A stretch of DNA of 64,000 bases from an uncultured Chloroflexia bacterium (GCA_963768675.1 CAVYIV010000026.1:23988-87987), one strand, 5' to 3'. Positions 27,913 through 37,962 are shown, numbered from the stretch's first letter. A program made the numbers and translations. The notes: generated by a model not told the origin, from the sequence alone.

Positions 27913-29499
27913 TCAGTGGACCCTCGCCTCCAGGCCCTTCCAGAACGGCTCGCGCAGCTCCGCCTTGAGGATCTTGCCGGTCCCGCCCTTGGGGAGCGAG
28001 TCCCGGAAGTGGATCTCGCGCGGCACCTTGAAGCGCGCGAGGCGCTGCCGGCAGAACAGCTTGAGCTGCGTGGCGCTCGCCTCGGCTCCGGGCTTGAGGA
28101 CCACGAGGGCGATCGGCGCCTCGCCGAACGTGCCGTCGGGCGCCGCGACGACAGCGCACTCCAGCACCGCCGGGTGGGCGGCGAGGACGTTCTCCACCTC
28201 GACCGACGAAATGTTCTCGCCGCCCCGGATGATCACGTCCTTCGAGCGGTCCTTGATCAGGATGTAGCCGGCCTCGTCGATCGTGGCCATGTCGCCCGTC
28301 CGGAGCCAGCCGTCGCGGATGGTGGCCGACGTCGCGTCCGGGTCGCGGTAGTAGCCGTCCATGACGGTGTTGCCGCGCACGACGATCTCCCCGATCCGCT
28401 CGCCGTCGGGCCGCACGTCGTGACCCTCGCTGTCCACGACCCGGATCTGGACGCCGGGGATCGGCCAGCCCGTCAGGGCCTGGCGCTCCTGGCGCCGCTC
28501 GGGCGGTTCGGCCTCGGTGAGCACCCGGCGCGGCTGGGCGAGGGTGAGGATGGGCGCCGTCTCGGTGAGGCCGTAGCCCACGAACGCCTGGACGCCGAGC
28601 TGCTCCTCAAGCGCGCGCACGAGCGCTGGCGAGGCGGGCGAGCCGCCGATGATCACCTGGCGCAGGCTGGAGAGGTCGTAGCTCGCGCGCTCGTGGTGGT
28701 GGACGAGCGCGTTGAAGATCGCCGGGACGGCGAGCAGGCGCGTGACGCGGTGGCGCTGGACGAGCTCCATGAGTGCGACCGGGTCGAAGCGCCGGAGCAT
28801 CACGTGGCGCCCACCGACCATGGTCAGGAAGTGGGGGACCCCCCAGCCGTTGACGTGGAAGAGCGGCACGACGTGGAGGACCACGTCATCCTCGCCGAAC
28901 CCGAGGGCGATCTCCGAGTAGACCGAGTGGAGGTAGAGCTCGCGGTGGGTGAGCGCGACGCCTTTGGGGAGGCCGGTCGTGCCGCTCGTGTAGAAGAGCT
29001 CCGCGGTGGCGTTCTCGTCCACCTGGGGATGGCGGGCCTCGGGCGAGCCGCCCGACAGGAGCGCCTCGTACTCGTCGCTCGCGATCCCGCCGGGCTCGCC
29101 CTCCAGGATCACGAAGCGCGGGCGCGTCGACAGCTTCGGGACGATCGCCTCGACCAGGGGCAGGAAGTCGCGGTGGAACGCGACGAGCTTCGTGCCGGCG
29201 TGGTCGAGGATGTAGGAGATCTCGTGCGGCGTGAGCCGGATGTTGATCGGGTTGAGGACCGCGCCCGCCTCGAGGACGCCGTAGTAGGCCTCCAGGAGAT
29301 GGTGCGTGTTGTAGGTGATGAACGAGACGCGGTCGCCGGCCCCGATGCCGAGGCCGGCGAGGGCATTCGCCAGGCGATGCGTGCGCTCGGCGTAGGCGCG
29401 GTAGGTGAACTGCTGCTCGCCGTCGATGACGCCGATCTTGTCGCCGAAGTAGGTCGCGGCCCTGTCGCGGAACTCGAGGACCGAGAGCGGCACGAACAC
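27913..29499 (-). CDS. acyl-CoA synthetase / fatty-acid-CoA ligase (AMP-binding family)
   Basis: This is the C-terminal 528 codons of ORF 27913..30948(-), starting at GTG 29499, 7 nt after GGGAGG. It has the AMP-binding motifs LFYTSGTTGLPKGV, GYGLTET, TGDMATIDEAGYILIKDR and PKGGTGKILK. Confidence 0.9.
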   Translation of the reverse strand: MFVPLSVLEFRDRAATYFGDKIGVIDGEQQFTYRAYAERTHRLANALAGLGIGAGDRVSFITYNTHHLLEAYYGVLEAGAVLNPINIRLTPHEISYILDHAGTKLVAFHRDFLPLVEAIVPKLSTRPRFVILEGEPGGIASDEYEALLSGGSPEARHPQVDENATAELFYTSGTTGLPKGVALTHRELYLHSVYSEIALGFGEDDVVLHVVPLFHVNGWGVPHFLTMVGGRHVMLRRFDPVALMELVQRHRVTRLLAVPAIFNALVHHHERASYDLSSLRQVIIGGSPASPALVRALEEQLGVQAFVGYGLTETAPILTLAQPRRVLTEAEPPERRQERQALTGWPIPGVQIRVVDSEGHDVRPDGERIGEIVVRGNTVMDGYYRDPDATSATIRDGWLRTGDMATIDEAGYILIKDRSKDVIIRGGENISSVEVENVLAAHPAVLECAVVAAPDGTFGEAPIALVVLKPGAEASATQLKLFCRQRLARFKVPREIHFRDSLPKGGTGKILKAELREPFWKGLEARVH

Positions 29500-29564
29500 G
29501 CGAAACCTCCCTGCTCGATGGCTGCGATCGCAGGCGGCTAGTGTCGCGCACCACGCGCGGCCCG

Positions 29565-30948
29565 TCACATGGTGCGCGCGACCTCGGCGAGCGTGTCGGC
29601 CAGCCGGTCGAGCACCGCGTCCATCTGCGGGTAGGTGATGAGGAGCGGCGGCTCGATCCGGATCGTGTGGGCGCTGGTGAGCGTTCCGGCGACCAGAACG
29701 CCCCGCTTGAACAGGCCGGCTGCCACCCGGTACCCGACCTCGGTGTCCCGGAAGTGCTGGCCGATGAGGAGACCGCGACCGGTGATGCTGTCGTAGATCG
29801 CGGGGTATTGCGCGGCGAGCGCCTCCAGCTTCGGGATGAGATAGGCGCCCTTCTCGGCCGCCTGCTCCCAGAGCCGTTCGCGCAGCGTGTAGTGGATCTG
29901 GGCGATGGCCGCGCTGCAGGCCAGGGCCCCGCCCCCGGTCGTGGTGGTGTGGATGAACGGGTTGGGGTCCATCATCGTCTGCCAGATCTCCTCGGTCGAG
30001 CAGAAGGCGCTGATCGGCATGACGCCGCCGCCCATCGCCTTGGCGACCGCGATGATGTCCGGCTCGACACCCCAGTGGTCGACGCCCCAGAGCTTCCCTG
30101 TCCGCCCGAACCCAGTCTGGACCTCGTCGGCGATGAGCAGGACACCGTAGCGCTTCGTCATCTCGCGGAGGCGCGGCCAGAAGTCGTCCGGCGGCACGAT
30201 CGCCCCGGCCTCGCCCTGGATCGGCTCCATGAGCACGGCGGCGATGTCGATCCCGACCGTCGCGCAGATGCCCAGCTGCCGTTCGACCGCGTCGGCGTCC
30301 CCGTATGGCACGTGGTAGACGGGCCCGCCGTAGAGCGTCCCCGGGGGGCCGCCGGTAGTCGGCCTTGCCGATCATGCTCAGCGAGCCCATCGTCTTGCCG
30401 TGGAACGCCTTGACCGCGACGATGAACCCGTTCCTCTGCGTGTACATCTTGGCGAGCTTGATGGCCCCCTCGACGGCCTCGGTGCCGCTCGCGCAGAAGA
30501 AGCTGTACTTGATGTCGCCCGGCGTGATGAGCGCCATGAGCCGGGCGAGCACTCCCCGCAGCGGGTCGATCAGCTCCTGGCTCGGCATTGGCGTGCGGAG
30601 CGTGAGCTGGTTCTTGACCGCCTCCACGATCTCAGGATTGGCCCAGCCGTGCGTCAGCAGCCCGTACCCGCCCAGGCAGTCGATGTACTCGCGCCCGAGG
30701 ACGTCGTGGAAGACCGCGCCCGAGCCGGTCCACTCGGTCGCGGCCCAGTCTCCCGCCTCTGTGACGGACTTGCGGTACTCCAGCCAGCCGCCGTTGAAGT
30801 GCTCGGCGAAATTGCGCTGGCTCTCGGTGATGATCTCCTTCGCCTCGGATTCCGCGAGCGTCGGCTGAGCGATGATGTCGAGCCAGCGGCGCGCGTACGC
30901 CTGTGCCTCGTCGAACCCGCTTCCCATGCCCCTCTCCTCGTGCGCCAC
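29565..30948 (-). CDS. class-III PLP-dependent aminotransferase (putrescine/ornithine/GABA aminotransferase-like); one frameshift in a C5G6 run near 30347
   Basis: The N-terminal part is at the start of ORF 27913..30948 (...DCLGGYGLLTHGWANPEIV...FFCASGTEAVEGAIKLA...AFHGKTMGSLS). The C-terminal part is ORF 29565..30311 (LMEPIQGEAGAIVPP...LLIADEVQTGFGRTGKLW...DIIAVAKAMGGG). Confidence 0.8.
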
Positions 30949-31018
30949 ACCACCTGCGGCGCGCGGCTGCGCGTCGCCTGTTTGGGCCGGGGAGGGTCCG
31001 GTCGAGCGTTTCGCCGGG

Positions 31019-32240
31019 TCAGCTCCCCGAGGGTGACATCTCCCGCATCCCGTATGGGAAGTCGTAGGCGGGCATCAGCTCCAGGAACGGGTCCGGGTCG
31101 AACGCCTCGGGACCCAGAACGCCGCTGCCCTTCCACGTGCCGGCTGCGAGCAGCTCCATCGCGATGACCGGGTTCACCGCCGTCTGCCACACGACCGCCT
31201 GCACGCCGTACTTCGCCATGCACGTCTCGTTGTCGGCGACCTGGTAGAGGTAGACCTCCCGCGGTCGCCCGTCCTTCTCGCCCTTGACCCACGTGCCGGC
31301 GCAGGTCTTGCCGAACATCCGGTCGCCCAGGTGGGCCGGGTCCGGCAGGCAGGCCGCCACGACGTCGCGCGGGGCGACCTCCACCCGCCCGACCTGGATC
31401 TGTTCCTTGTTGTCGAGGCCGAGCATCTTGATCGTCTTGAGGACCCGGATGAAGTCGCTCGCCCAGCCCGTACTTGAAGGTGACGCGCCCGCATTTGACC
31501 CAGCGCGGCACGAGCAGGACTTCCTCGTGCTCGACGTTGACGCACTCCTGCGGCCCGATCCCCTCTGGGAAGTCGAACACCTCGGGCTCAGAGAACGGCG
31601 GCGTCGTGAACCAGCCGCGGTCCTTCTCCCAGATCACGGGCGGGTTCAGGCACTCCTCGATCGTCGTCCAGATCGAGAAGTTCGGCGCGAACTCGTAGCC
31701 CCGGACCTCGAGGTTCGCGCCGTCGCGGACGCCGATCTCGTCGATCCGGTCGAAGAGGTGCTTCTCCGCGTAGCGCGCGAAGACGTCGGCCATGCCAGGC
31801 TCGACGCCCATGCCGACGAAGGCCAGGAGCCCCTTCGCCTTCCATGCCGCTTCGCGCTCGAACTGGTAGTCGCCGAGCTTCACGCCGCAGACCCGCAGCG
31901 GATCGTCGGGGTGGGGCGTGGACAGGGTCATCGCCATGTCCATGTACGTGCAGCCCGCCTCGAACGCGGCGTCGAAGATCTGCTCGTTGAAGAGCGGCTC
32001 GACCGCGTTCATCACGAGATCGACGCCGTGCTTCCGGGCCAGCTCGGTGATCATCGCCCGGTCGGTCGCATCGACGCGCTCTACCGGGAACCGCTCCGGT
32101 TGGCGCAGGCGTGCCTGCACTTCCCGGGCGCGCTCGACGTTGATGTCCGAGAGGACCATGGTCTCGAGCCACGGGCGGTCCTGGGCGATCACCGCGATCG
32201 CCTCGCCCACGCCACCGACCCCGACGAGAAGGACCTTCAT
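31019..32240 (-). CDS. saccharopine dehydrogenase family protein (NAD(P)-binding); one frameshift near 31460
   Basis: ATG 32240 follows AAGGAG (MKVLLVGVGGVGEAIA...). The frame of ORF 30654..32474 is good to ...TFKYGLGE, and the sequence then continues in ORF 31019..31426 (DFIRVLKTIKMLGLDNKEQ...). Confidence 0.75.
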
Positions 32241-32358
32241 CTCACTCCTTGGTGCCCGCGGAACGGCTCCGCGGGCGTTGCTGCGGGGGCGCTCGATGAA
32301 ACGAGTTCGCCCGGCTCCACCCCAGCTCGCCGACCTCGGCCGGGACTTGTTCGCTACC

Positions 32359-34005
32359 TCAAAGGGCCGTCGACACCACCGTCGATTCTTCGTGGAACGG
32401 GTCGACGTCCGGGATGCCGGGCTTGATGAACCTGCGGATCGGGATGTAGAGCAGCGCGCCGACCACGATTGCACCGATCGACAGCGTCACCGCATCCCAG
32501 CCGACGGAGGTGACCTGGCTGTACACGGCAACCGCGAGGACGAAGACCGGCCCCGCCGTCGCGAGGATCAACATCGGCCAACCGCCGGGGATCCGCTGCC
32601 GATCCAGGTCCGGGCGGGTCAGCTCGGGGCGCGTCAAGCGCAGTCGCCAAAGGGCGAAGAAGCACGCCACGATGACGAGCGAGTTGAGCAGCACGTCCGC
32701 GACGACGAGGAACGCGAACGCGTTCGTCGCGAAGATCGAGTACGCCACGCCCGCCACGACGATCGCCACCCACGGCGTGCCGTTGCGTGCGTGCACGCGC
32801 ACGAGCCACTTGGGCATCATGCCGTCCTCCGCGAGAGCGAACGGGATCCGGGATGCGCCGAGGCTGTTCCCGATGAACAGCCCGATCATGCTCAGCGCGG
32901 CGGCGATCGTCATCGCGTTCCCGAGCAGGGTGCCCAAGTCGCTGCCGGACGTGCCGGCCGTGGTGTCCCCGACCGCCTTCGCGATGTCGGGGAGGTACCA
33001 GCCGCTCGAACCCGTCGGGTCGACGCCCCAGGACTGGAGCGTCGTGTTGTCGACACCATCGGCGTTCATGACCGACCCGATCGTCTGGCCGTCGCCGGCT
33101 TCCGTGCCCCAGAGGAGGTAGCGGCCGTCGGCTCCCGCGCCGCCGTACAGGCCGGCGACCACCGGCAGGACGTACGTCGCGATCGTGAAGATGAGGACGA
33201 GGACCATGGCCCGCGGGTACGTCCGGCGCGGGTTCACGATCTCGTCACCGGCCACGGTCGCGAGCTCGAACCCCATGTAGTTCCACATCACCACGAACAG
33301 GCCGAGCCCGAAGGCGCCCGAGAGGGAGCTCGCGTTGACCTGCTGGCCGCCGTCCAGGAACGGCAGCGACGGTGCGCCGTGGGCGACCACGTTCGAGATC
33401 CCGAGGATCGTCATGATCACGATCGGCACGAGCAAGATCAGGCCGAGCCAGTTCGTCGTGAGCCCGGTGAGCCGGGCGCCGCGGATCTGGAGCGCGGAGA
33501 TGCCCCAGATCAGAAGCAGCCCGACGAGGATCGACAGCGTGGTGCCGGGCAGGTCGATCCCGAAGATCGTCGCGCCGTTGTTCAGGGCCGGGAAGAGGAA
33601 GGCGAGATAGGACGCTGCCAGCACCGGATAGATCGACGCGTCGAGCCACGAGACGACCAGGTTCATCCAGCCGCCGAGGAAGCCGACAAAGGGCCCGAAG
33701 CCCTGGTGGAGCCAGTGGTAGTAGCCACCCTCATGCGGCATCATCGAGTTCATCTCGTTGACCATGAACATGAGGGGGATCGAGAAGATCAGCGGCATGA
33801 TGAACAGGAGGAGCAGCCCGAGGCCGGGACCGGACCCGTCGTTGCCGAACGTCGCCTCGATGCCGAACGTTCCGCCGCAGACCGTGAAGTACATGATCCC
33901 GACGAGCGGCGCCAGCGTCAGGCCGCGTTTGAGCTTCTGGCTCTCGGACCTGATCTCGAGCGCGGTCGCTGGTGTGGCCCCGGGGGCTGCGGCATCCCCA
34001 ATCAT
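32359..34005 (-). CDS. APC-superfamily amino acid/polyamine permease
   Basis: Lies inside ORF 32359..34116(-). ATG 34005 follows GAGGAGGG. There are about 12 hydrophobic segments and the N-terminal motif GIMYFTVCGGTFGIE. Confidence 0.85.
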   Translation of the reverse strand: MIGDAAAPGATPATALEIRSESQKLKRGLTLAPLVGIMYFTVCGGTFGIEATFGNDGSGPGLGLLLLFIMPLIFSIPLMFMVNEMNSMMPHEGGYYHWLHQGFGPFVGFLGGWMNLVVSWLDASIYPVLAASYLAFLFPALNNGATIFGIDLPGTTLSILVGLLLIWGISALQIRGARLTGLTTNWLGLILLVPIVIMTILGISNVVAHGAPSLPFLDGGQQVNASSLSGAFGLGLFVVMWNYMGFELATVAGDEIVNPRRTYPRAMVLVLIFTIATYVLPVVAGLYGGAGADGRYLLWGTEAGDGQTIGSVMNADGVDNTTLQSWGVDPTGSSGWYLPDIAKAVGDTTAGTSGSDLGTLLGNAMTIAAALSMIGLFIGNSLGASRIPFALAEDGMMPKWLVRVHARNGTPWVAIVVAGVAYSIFATNAFAFLVVADVLLNSLVIVACFFALWRLRLTRPELTRPDLDRQRIPGGWPMLILATAGPVFVLAVAVYSQVTSVGWDAVTLSIGAIVVGALLYIPIRRFIKPGIPDVDPFHEESTVVSTAL

Positions 34006-34152
34006 CGAGACACCCTCCTCGCACCCCCCGTGTGCAAGCGGAGAGCCGAGAGGCTCGACCGTGCGTTGGCAGGGAGGGTACTCCGCCGCACGCCGCGAGT
34101 TGCGGTCCCCGCGCAACCCCGCCCGGGCCGCACCGGGATCTCGGGCGGGTGG

Positions 34153-34512
34153 CTACCGGATCAGGAAGAGGCTGCCGAGGAGGATTGCAAGCACGCCGAG
34201 CGTGATCGCCGTGTAGAGCCGGTCGCCCTCGAGGGCGAACGCGGCGACCGACGTGGCGACCCGGACGACCGGCGTCGCGATTAGGACGACGAGCCCGGCC
34301 TGGGCGATCGCGACCGGGCGCAGGGCCGCCAGCCCGTCCACGATCCCCCCGAAGTCGCTCGGGGACGTCGTGTCCGCGCCTCGACCTAGGAGCGAGCCCT
34401 GCCAGCCCACGACGAGCGAGCCCGTGAAGCCGACCGCGATGAGCGCGGCGCTCGCGACCACGCCGACGATGAGGACGGCACTCACCAGGGCCCGGAAGCG
34501 ACCGGGGGTCAC
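34153..34512 (-). CDS. DUF1634-like small membrane protein
   Basis: ORF 34153..34512(-). It has three hydrophobic helices and overlaps the upstream TauE/SafE gene by 4 nt, which is the usual partner arrangement for DUF1634. Confidence 0.65.
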   Translation of the reverse strand: MTPGRFRALVSAVLIVGVVASAALIAVGFTGSLVVGWQGSLLGRGADTTSPSDFGGIVDGLAALRPVAIAQAGLVVLIATPVVRVATSVAAFALEGDRLYTAITLGVLAILLGSLFLIR

Positions 34513-35351
34513 AGGTTGATCCCCAGGCCGCGGGCCAGGGTCTGCAGCCCGATGACGACGAGCACGGGCAGGAAGACGAGCCGGACGTTCCGGTTCGACA
34601 GGCGCGGCAGGATCCGCGCCCCGACCATTGCGCCGGCGAGGACGCCCAGGGCCACGGGCCCCGCGATCGTGACGTCGACGTCGCCGCGACCCAGGTAGAT
34701 GCCCGCCGAGGCGGCCGCCGTCACGCCGATCATGAAGTTGCTGGTCGCGGAGCTCACCTTCATCGGCAAGCGCATCGCACCGTCCATCGCGAGCACCTTC
34801 AGGACGCCGGACCCGATGCCGAGGAGCCCGGAGACGAGACCCGCTCCCGCCATCAGCACGAAGCCCAGCGGAATCCGGATCGCGACATAGGGGACGTCCC
34901 GACCGAGTCGCGAATCCGGGTACTCCCCGCTGAGCCGTAGGCGCGTCGCGAGCGGCGACGACCCCGTCGCGGGAGGCAGCTCCTCGCCGAGGCGGAGTGC
35001 CTGCTGGACGGCCGAGAAGAGGAGGACGATCCCGAGGAGGACATAGAGCAGGCTCGGTGCCACGACCGCCGCAAGCAGCGCGCCGCAGACCGCACCGCTG
35101 GTCGTCGCCAGCTCCAGGAACATGCCCACGCGCATGTCGGTCATGCGATCCCGCACGTACGCGGCTGCGGCGCCGGAGCTCGTCGCGATCACGCTCACGA
35201 TGCTCGCTCCGACGGCCAGCCGGATGTCGACGCCGAAGAGGAGTGTGAGGGCCGGGACGATGAGGATCCCGCCGCCGACCCCCGCGAGGGCGCCGATCAG
35301 ACCGGCCGCGATGCTGATCGCGAACATGCCGACCTCGGCTCCGAGGGTCAT
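34509..35351 (-). CDS. TauE/SafE family sulfite/anion exporter
   Basis: ORF 34509..35351(-). It has about 8 TM segments and repeated GxGGG-type motifs (GALAGVGGGILIVP, GLLGIGSGVL). Confidence 0.8.
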   Translation of the reverse strand: MTLGAEVGMFAISIAAGLIGALAGVGGGILIVPALTLLFGVDIRLAVGASIVSVIATSSGAAAAYVRDRMTDMRVGMFLELATTSGAVCGALLAAVVAPSLLYVLLGIVLLFSAVQQALRLGEELPPATGSSPLATRLRLSGEYPDSRLGRDVPYVAIRIPLGFVLMAGAGLVSGLLGIGSGVLKVLAMDGAMRLPMKVSSATSNFMIGVTAAASAGIYLGRGDVDVTIAGPVALGVLAGAMVGARILPRLSNRNVRLVFLPVLVVIGLQTLARGLGINL

Positions 35352-35468
35352 CTCACCACCTGCACGCCCGGCCGCTCCGCGCCCGGGGTGCCAGCGTCCG
35401 GGAGCCGCACGGTCGTCGCCATCGAGCGCGATGATAGTGGTCGTCGCACCGGAGGCTGTAGTTCATCA

Positions 35469-35488
35469 GCTTGCGCAAGTACGCAAGC
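35469..35488. promoter_or_regulatory. inverted repeat GCTTGCG-N6-CGCAAGC (includes the 10-bp palindrome CTTGCGCAAG) in the TauE/OsmC divergent intergenic region
   Basis: Read directly from the sequence. It lies in a locally less GC-rich stretch between the divergent starts at 35351 and 35544. Its function is not demonstrated. Confidence 0.3.
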
Positions 35489-35543
35489 ACGTGCTACTGT
35501 CATCCCGCCAGACCCTACGGAACCCCACGGACGGAGATCCTCA

Positions 35544-36062
35544 ATGGCCGTCAAGACCGCATCCATCGCGCTCGACGGGCCCGACCTTCGCTTCGTTGCC
35601 CGAACCGGGAGCGGGCACATGCTCGTGCTCGATGACGGCAAGGGAGACGCCGGGCCCCGTCCCGCGGAGCTGATCCCGGTGGCGCTCGCAGCCTGCACCG
35701 CCATGGACGTGATCTCCATCCTTCGCAAGAAGCGCCAGGAGGTGTCGCGCTACGAGGTGCGCGCCGAGGGCATTCAGGAAGACGATCACCCGAACGCATT
35801 CACCCGGATCGACCTCCTCCACGTCATCGACGGGCCGTCGGTCGACGTCGAGGCGGTTCGCCGCGCGATCGAGCTCTCGGCCACGAAGTACTGCAGCGTG
35901 GGCGCGACCCTGTCGAGCGGCATCACCGAGATCCACCACGCCTATCTCGTCCGGGACGAGGACGGCGGGGAGCGGACGGCGGAGGTGATCGTCCTGGGAT
36001 CGGGTGCGGATCGTGTTGCGACGCTCGACCGAGCCCAGGCAGCGGCGGCGACGGCGGGCTGA
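35544..36062 (+). CDS. OsmC family protein (thiol peroxidase-like)
   Basis: Lies inside ORF 35388..36062(+), with ATG 35544 (MAVKTASIALDG...). PAELIPVALAACTAMDV and SATKYCSVGATL carry the two OsmC cysteines. Confidence 0.8.
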   Translation: MAVKTASIALDGPDLRFVARTGSGHMLVLDDGKGDAGPRPAELIPVALAACTAMDVISILRKKRQEVSRYEVRAEGIQEDDHPNAFTRIDLLHVIDGPSVDVEAVRRAIELSATKYCSVGATLSSGITEIHHAYLVRDEDGGERTAEVIVLGSGADRVATLDRAQAAAATAG

Positions 36063-36105
36063 CGGGCCACGGCCGGCGCAGACGTTCTCCAAAGAGGCGA
36101 TCGCG

Positions 36106-36681
36106 ATGTCCAGCAAGCACCGGGGCAATCAGGAGGGCGGGCACCGAGCGCGCGCCGCGGCCCCCGCCCGACGATCCGCCGCCCCGGGCCGAGGTAACCC
36201 CGCCTCGCGGAGCAGGCGCACGTGGGTGCTGCTCGGGTCGGGTCTCGTCGTCGCGCTCCTCGCGGTCGTCGCCGGGTGGGTCGTCCTCACCGGGAGTGCC
36301 GGGACCGCGGCGCCGGCCGGCGGCTCCGATGGGACCGTGGTGCAGGCCAACGGCGGGCACTGGACCAACATCACGCCCGACAAGCTGGCCGCGATGCTCG
36401 GGGCGAAGGACTTCACGCTTCTCAACGTGAAGACGCCCTACATCGGTGAGATCGCCGGGACTGACCTGTACATTCCGTACGATGAGGTCGCCGCCCGCGC
36501 CGCCGAGCTCCCGAAGGACAAGAGCGCCAAGATCGTCGTCTACTGCCGAAGTGGCACCGAGAGCGCGATCGCGGCCCAGACGCTGGTCAACCTCGGCTAC
36601 ACGAACATCGACAACCTCGCCGGCGGGATGAACGCCTGGATCGCAACAGGCCGGCAGCTTGTCCAGCTCAACCGCACGTGA
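36106..36681 (+). CDS. membrane-anchored rhodanese-domain sulfurtransferase
   Basis: Lies inside ORF 36004..36681(+), with ATG 36106. It has an N-terminal TM segment (WVLLGSGLVVALLAVVAGWVVL) and the rhodanese active-site loop VVYCRSGTES. Confidence 0.8.
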   Translation: MSSKHRGNQEGGHRARAAAPARRSAAPGRGNPASRSRRTWVLLGSGLVVALLAVVAGWVVLTGSAGTAAPAGGSDGTVVQANGGHWTNITPDKLAAMLGAKDFTLLNVKTPYIGEIAGTDLYIPYDEVAARAAELPKDKSAKIVVYCRSGTESAIAAQTLVNLGYTNIDNLAGGMNAWIATGRQLVQLNRT

Positions 36682-37098
36682 CCGCCTGCCTAGCCTCCCT
36701 CCGGCTGGATCGACGCTTCTCCGCTTGGGCCCTCCCATGGGTCCTCGCCTTGCTGGTCGCCTTCGCGACAAGCTCGGTCACGAGCAGTTCGCGGTGGAGC
36801 ATGAAGAGGGACCCCGCGAAGCGGACCCGCGCGGTAACGGGTTCGACCAGGCTCCCAGGACCGGCACACGAGGATGGTCGCGGCCATCGCCGACTGCCGG
36901 GTCTTGCTGGCACGCTGGATGGGCGCCGCTGCGTTCGCCAGCATGCAGCAGGCGGGAATATCCCGATCGCGACGGACATCGCGGACATCGGCTCGGCCGT
37001 CGGGGCCTACCTCGATGGCTCGTTCCGTAACCTCGTGGCGAAGCTGTGCTAGAGACATTCTGCCGGAGCTTTATGGGCCGCGCGACCGTTCGGCGAGG

Positions 37099-37962
37099 TT
37101 ACCTCGGGGGGGCCGCCGGGCGGCCCTCCACCGCGTCGGGTGGCTCGGTCCGCGGCGATCGAGCGTGGCGGACGACGAAGATGACCGCCGCACCGAGGAC
37201 GGTGATGCTCGCCACGATCTGCGCCGTCGGGATGCCGAAGAAGGTCCAATTGTCGGCCTTGAGCGTCTCCACCGCGAAGCGGACCGAGCCGTACCAGATG
37301 AAGAACACGAGGAGCAGGTCGCCGGGCCGGAGCCGGGCGGCGAACCGCCGCGCCAGCCAGACCAGGACGAGCGCCCCGACGAGGCCCGACAGCGACTCGT
37401 AGAGGAACATCGGCTGGAAGTGCTGTCCGAGCGTCGCGGTCGGGTCCGAGCCCGGCGGACAGGCATATCCCTGGGTCCGGTACTGGCACTCGATGGCGAT
37501 CCCCCAGGGCAGGTTCGTCGGCGAGCCGTACAGCTCCTGGTTGAAGAAGTTGCCCCAGCGCGCGATCGCCTGCATCACGAACAGCCCGGGCGCCACCGCG
37601 TCCGCCCAGGCCAGGAAGGGCTGGCCCTTCCAGCGGGCGTAGAGCCACGCGGCGACTGTCCCGGCGATGATCCCGCCGTACACCCCGAGGCCCGAGTAGG
37701 GTGGCAGGACGATCCGGAGCAGGTCGTCTCGGTAGAGCTGCCACTGGTCGATCACGTGATAGAGCCGGCCGCCGGCGAGGGCCGCGATCGCGACGACGAT
37801 CATCGCGTTCGGAAGCAGATCGACGTCGAGGCCGCGCCAGCGCGCCTCGTGGCTGATCACGAGATAGGCCGCCGCGAGCCCGACCGCGTAGGCGACGCCA
37901 TACCAGTGAAGGGCGAGCGGACCGATGGCGAACGCGATCGGCGATGGGGTCAGGTCGATCAC
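37099..37962 (-). CDS. lgt: prolipoprotein diacylglyceryl transferase
   Basis: Lies inside ORF 37099..38172(-). The start is uncertain, and GTG 37962 gives VIDLTPSPIAFAIGPLALHWYG. Lgt motifs include HWYGVAY, AIARWGNFFNQELYG and FLYESL. Confidence 0.8.
   Translation of the reverse strand: MIDLTPSPIAFAIGPLALHWYGVAYAVGLAAAYLVISHEARWRGLDVDLLPNAMIVVAIAALAGGRLYHVIDQWQLYRDDLLRIVLPPYSGLGVYGGIIAGTVAAWLYARWKGQPFLAWADAVAPGLFVMQAIARWGNFFNQELYGSPTNLPWGIAIECQYRTQGYACPPGSDPTATLGQHFQPMFLYESLSGLVGALVLVWLARRFAARLRPGDLLLVFFIWYGSVRFAVETLKADNWTFFGIPTAQIVASITVLGAAVIFVVRHARSPRTEPPDAVEGRPAAPPR

Noticed and set aside
27913-30948. A single 1011-aa ORF that could be read as an aminotransferase / acyl-CoA-synthetase fusion protein.
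   Set aside because: The central ~330 residues are Arg/Gly/Pro-rich nonsense. The aminotransferase C-terminal half is in another frame (ORF 29565..30311) and ends with its own stop at 29565. The ligase has its own GGGAGG-N7-GTG start at 29499. These are two genes plus one frameshift.
31918-34284. A 788-aa plus-strand ORF opposite the permease and saccharopine dehydrogenase genes. Similar antisense ORFs include 39212..40576 -, 40461..43280 -, 44549..46309 -, 49374..50753 +, 49435..51348 - and 52184..54061 +.
   Set aside because: They have Arg/Asp/Glu/Pro-rich low-complexity translations and each mirrors a well-supported gene on the opposite strand. Of 52184..54370, only the last 102 codons (54062..54370), which have a strong RBS, were kept.
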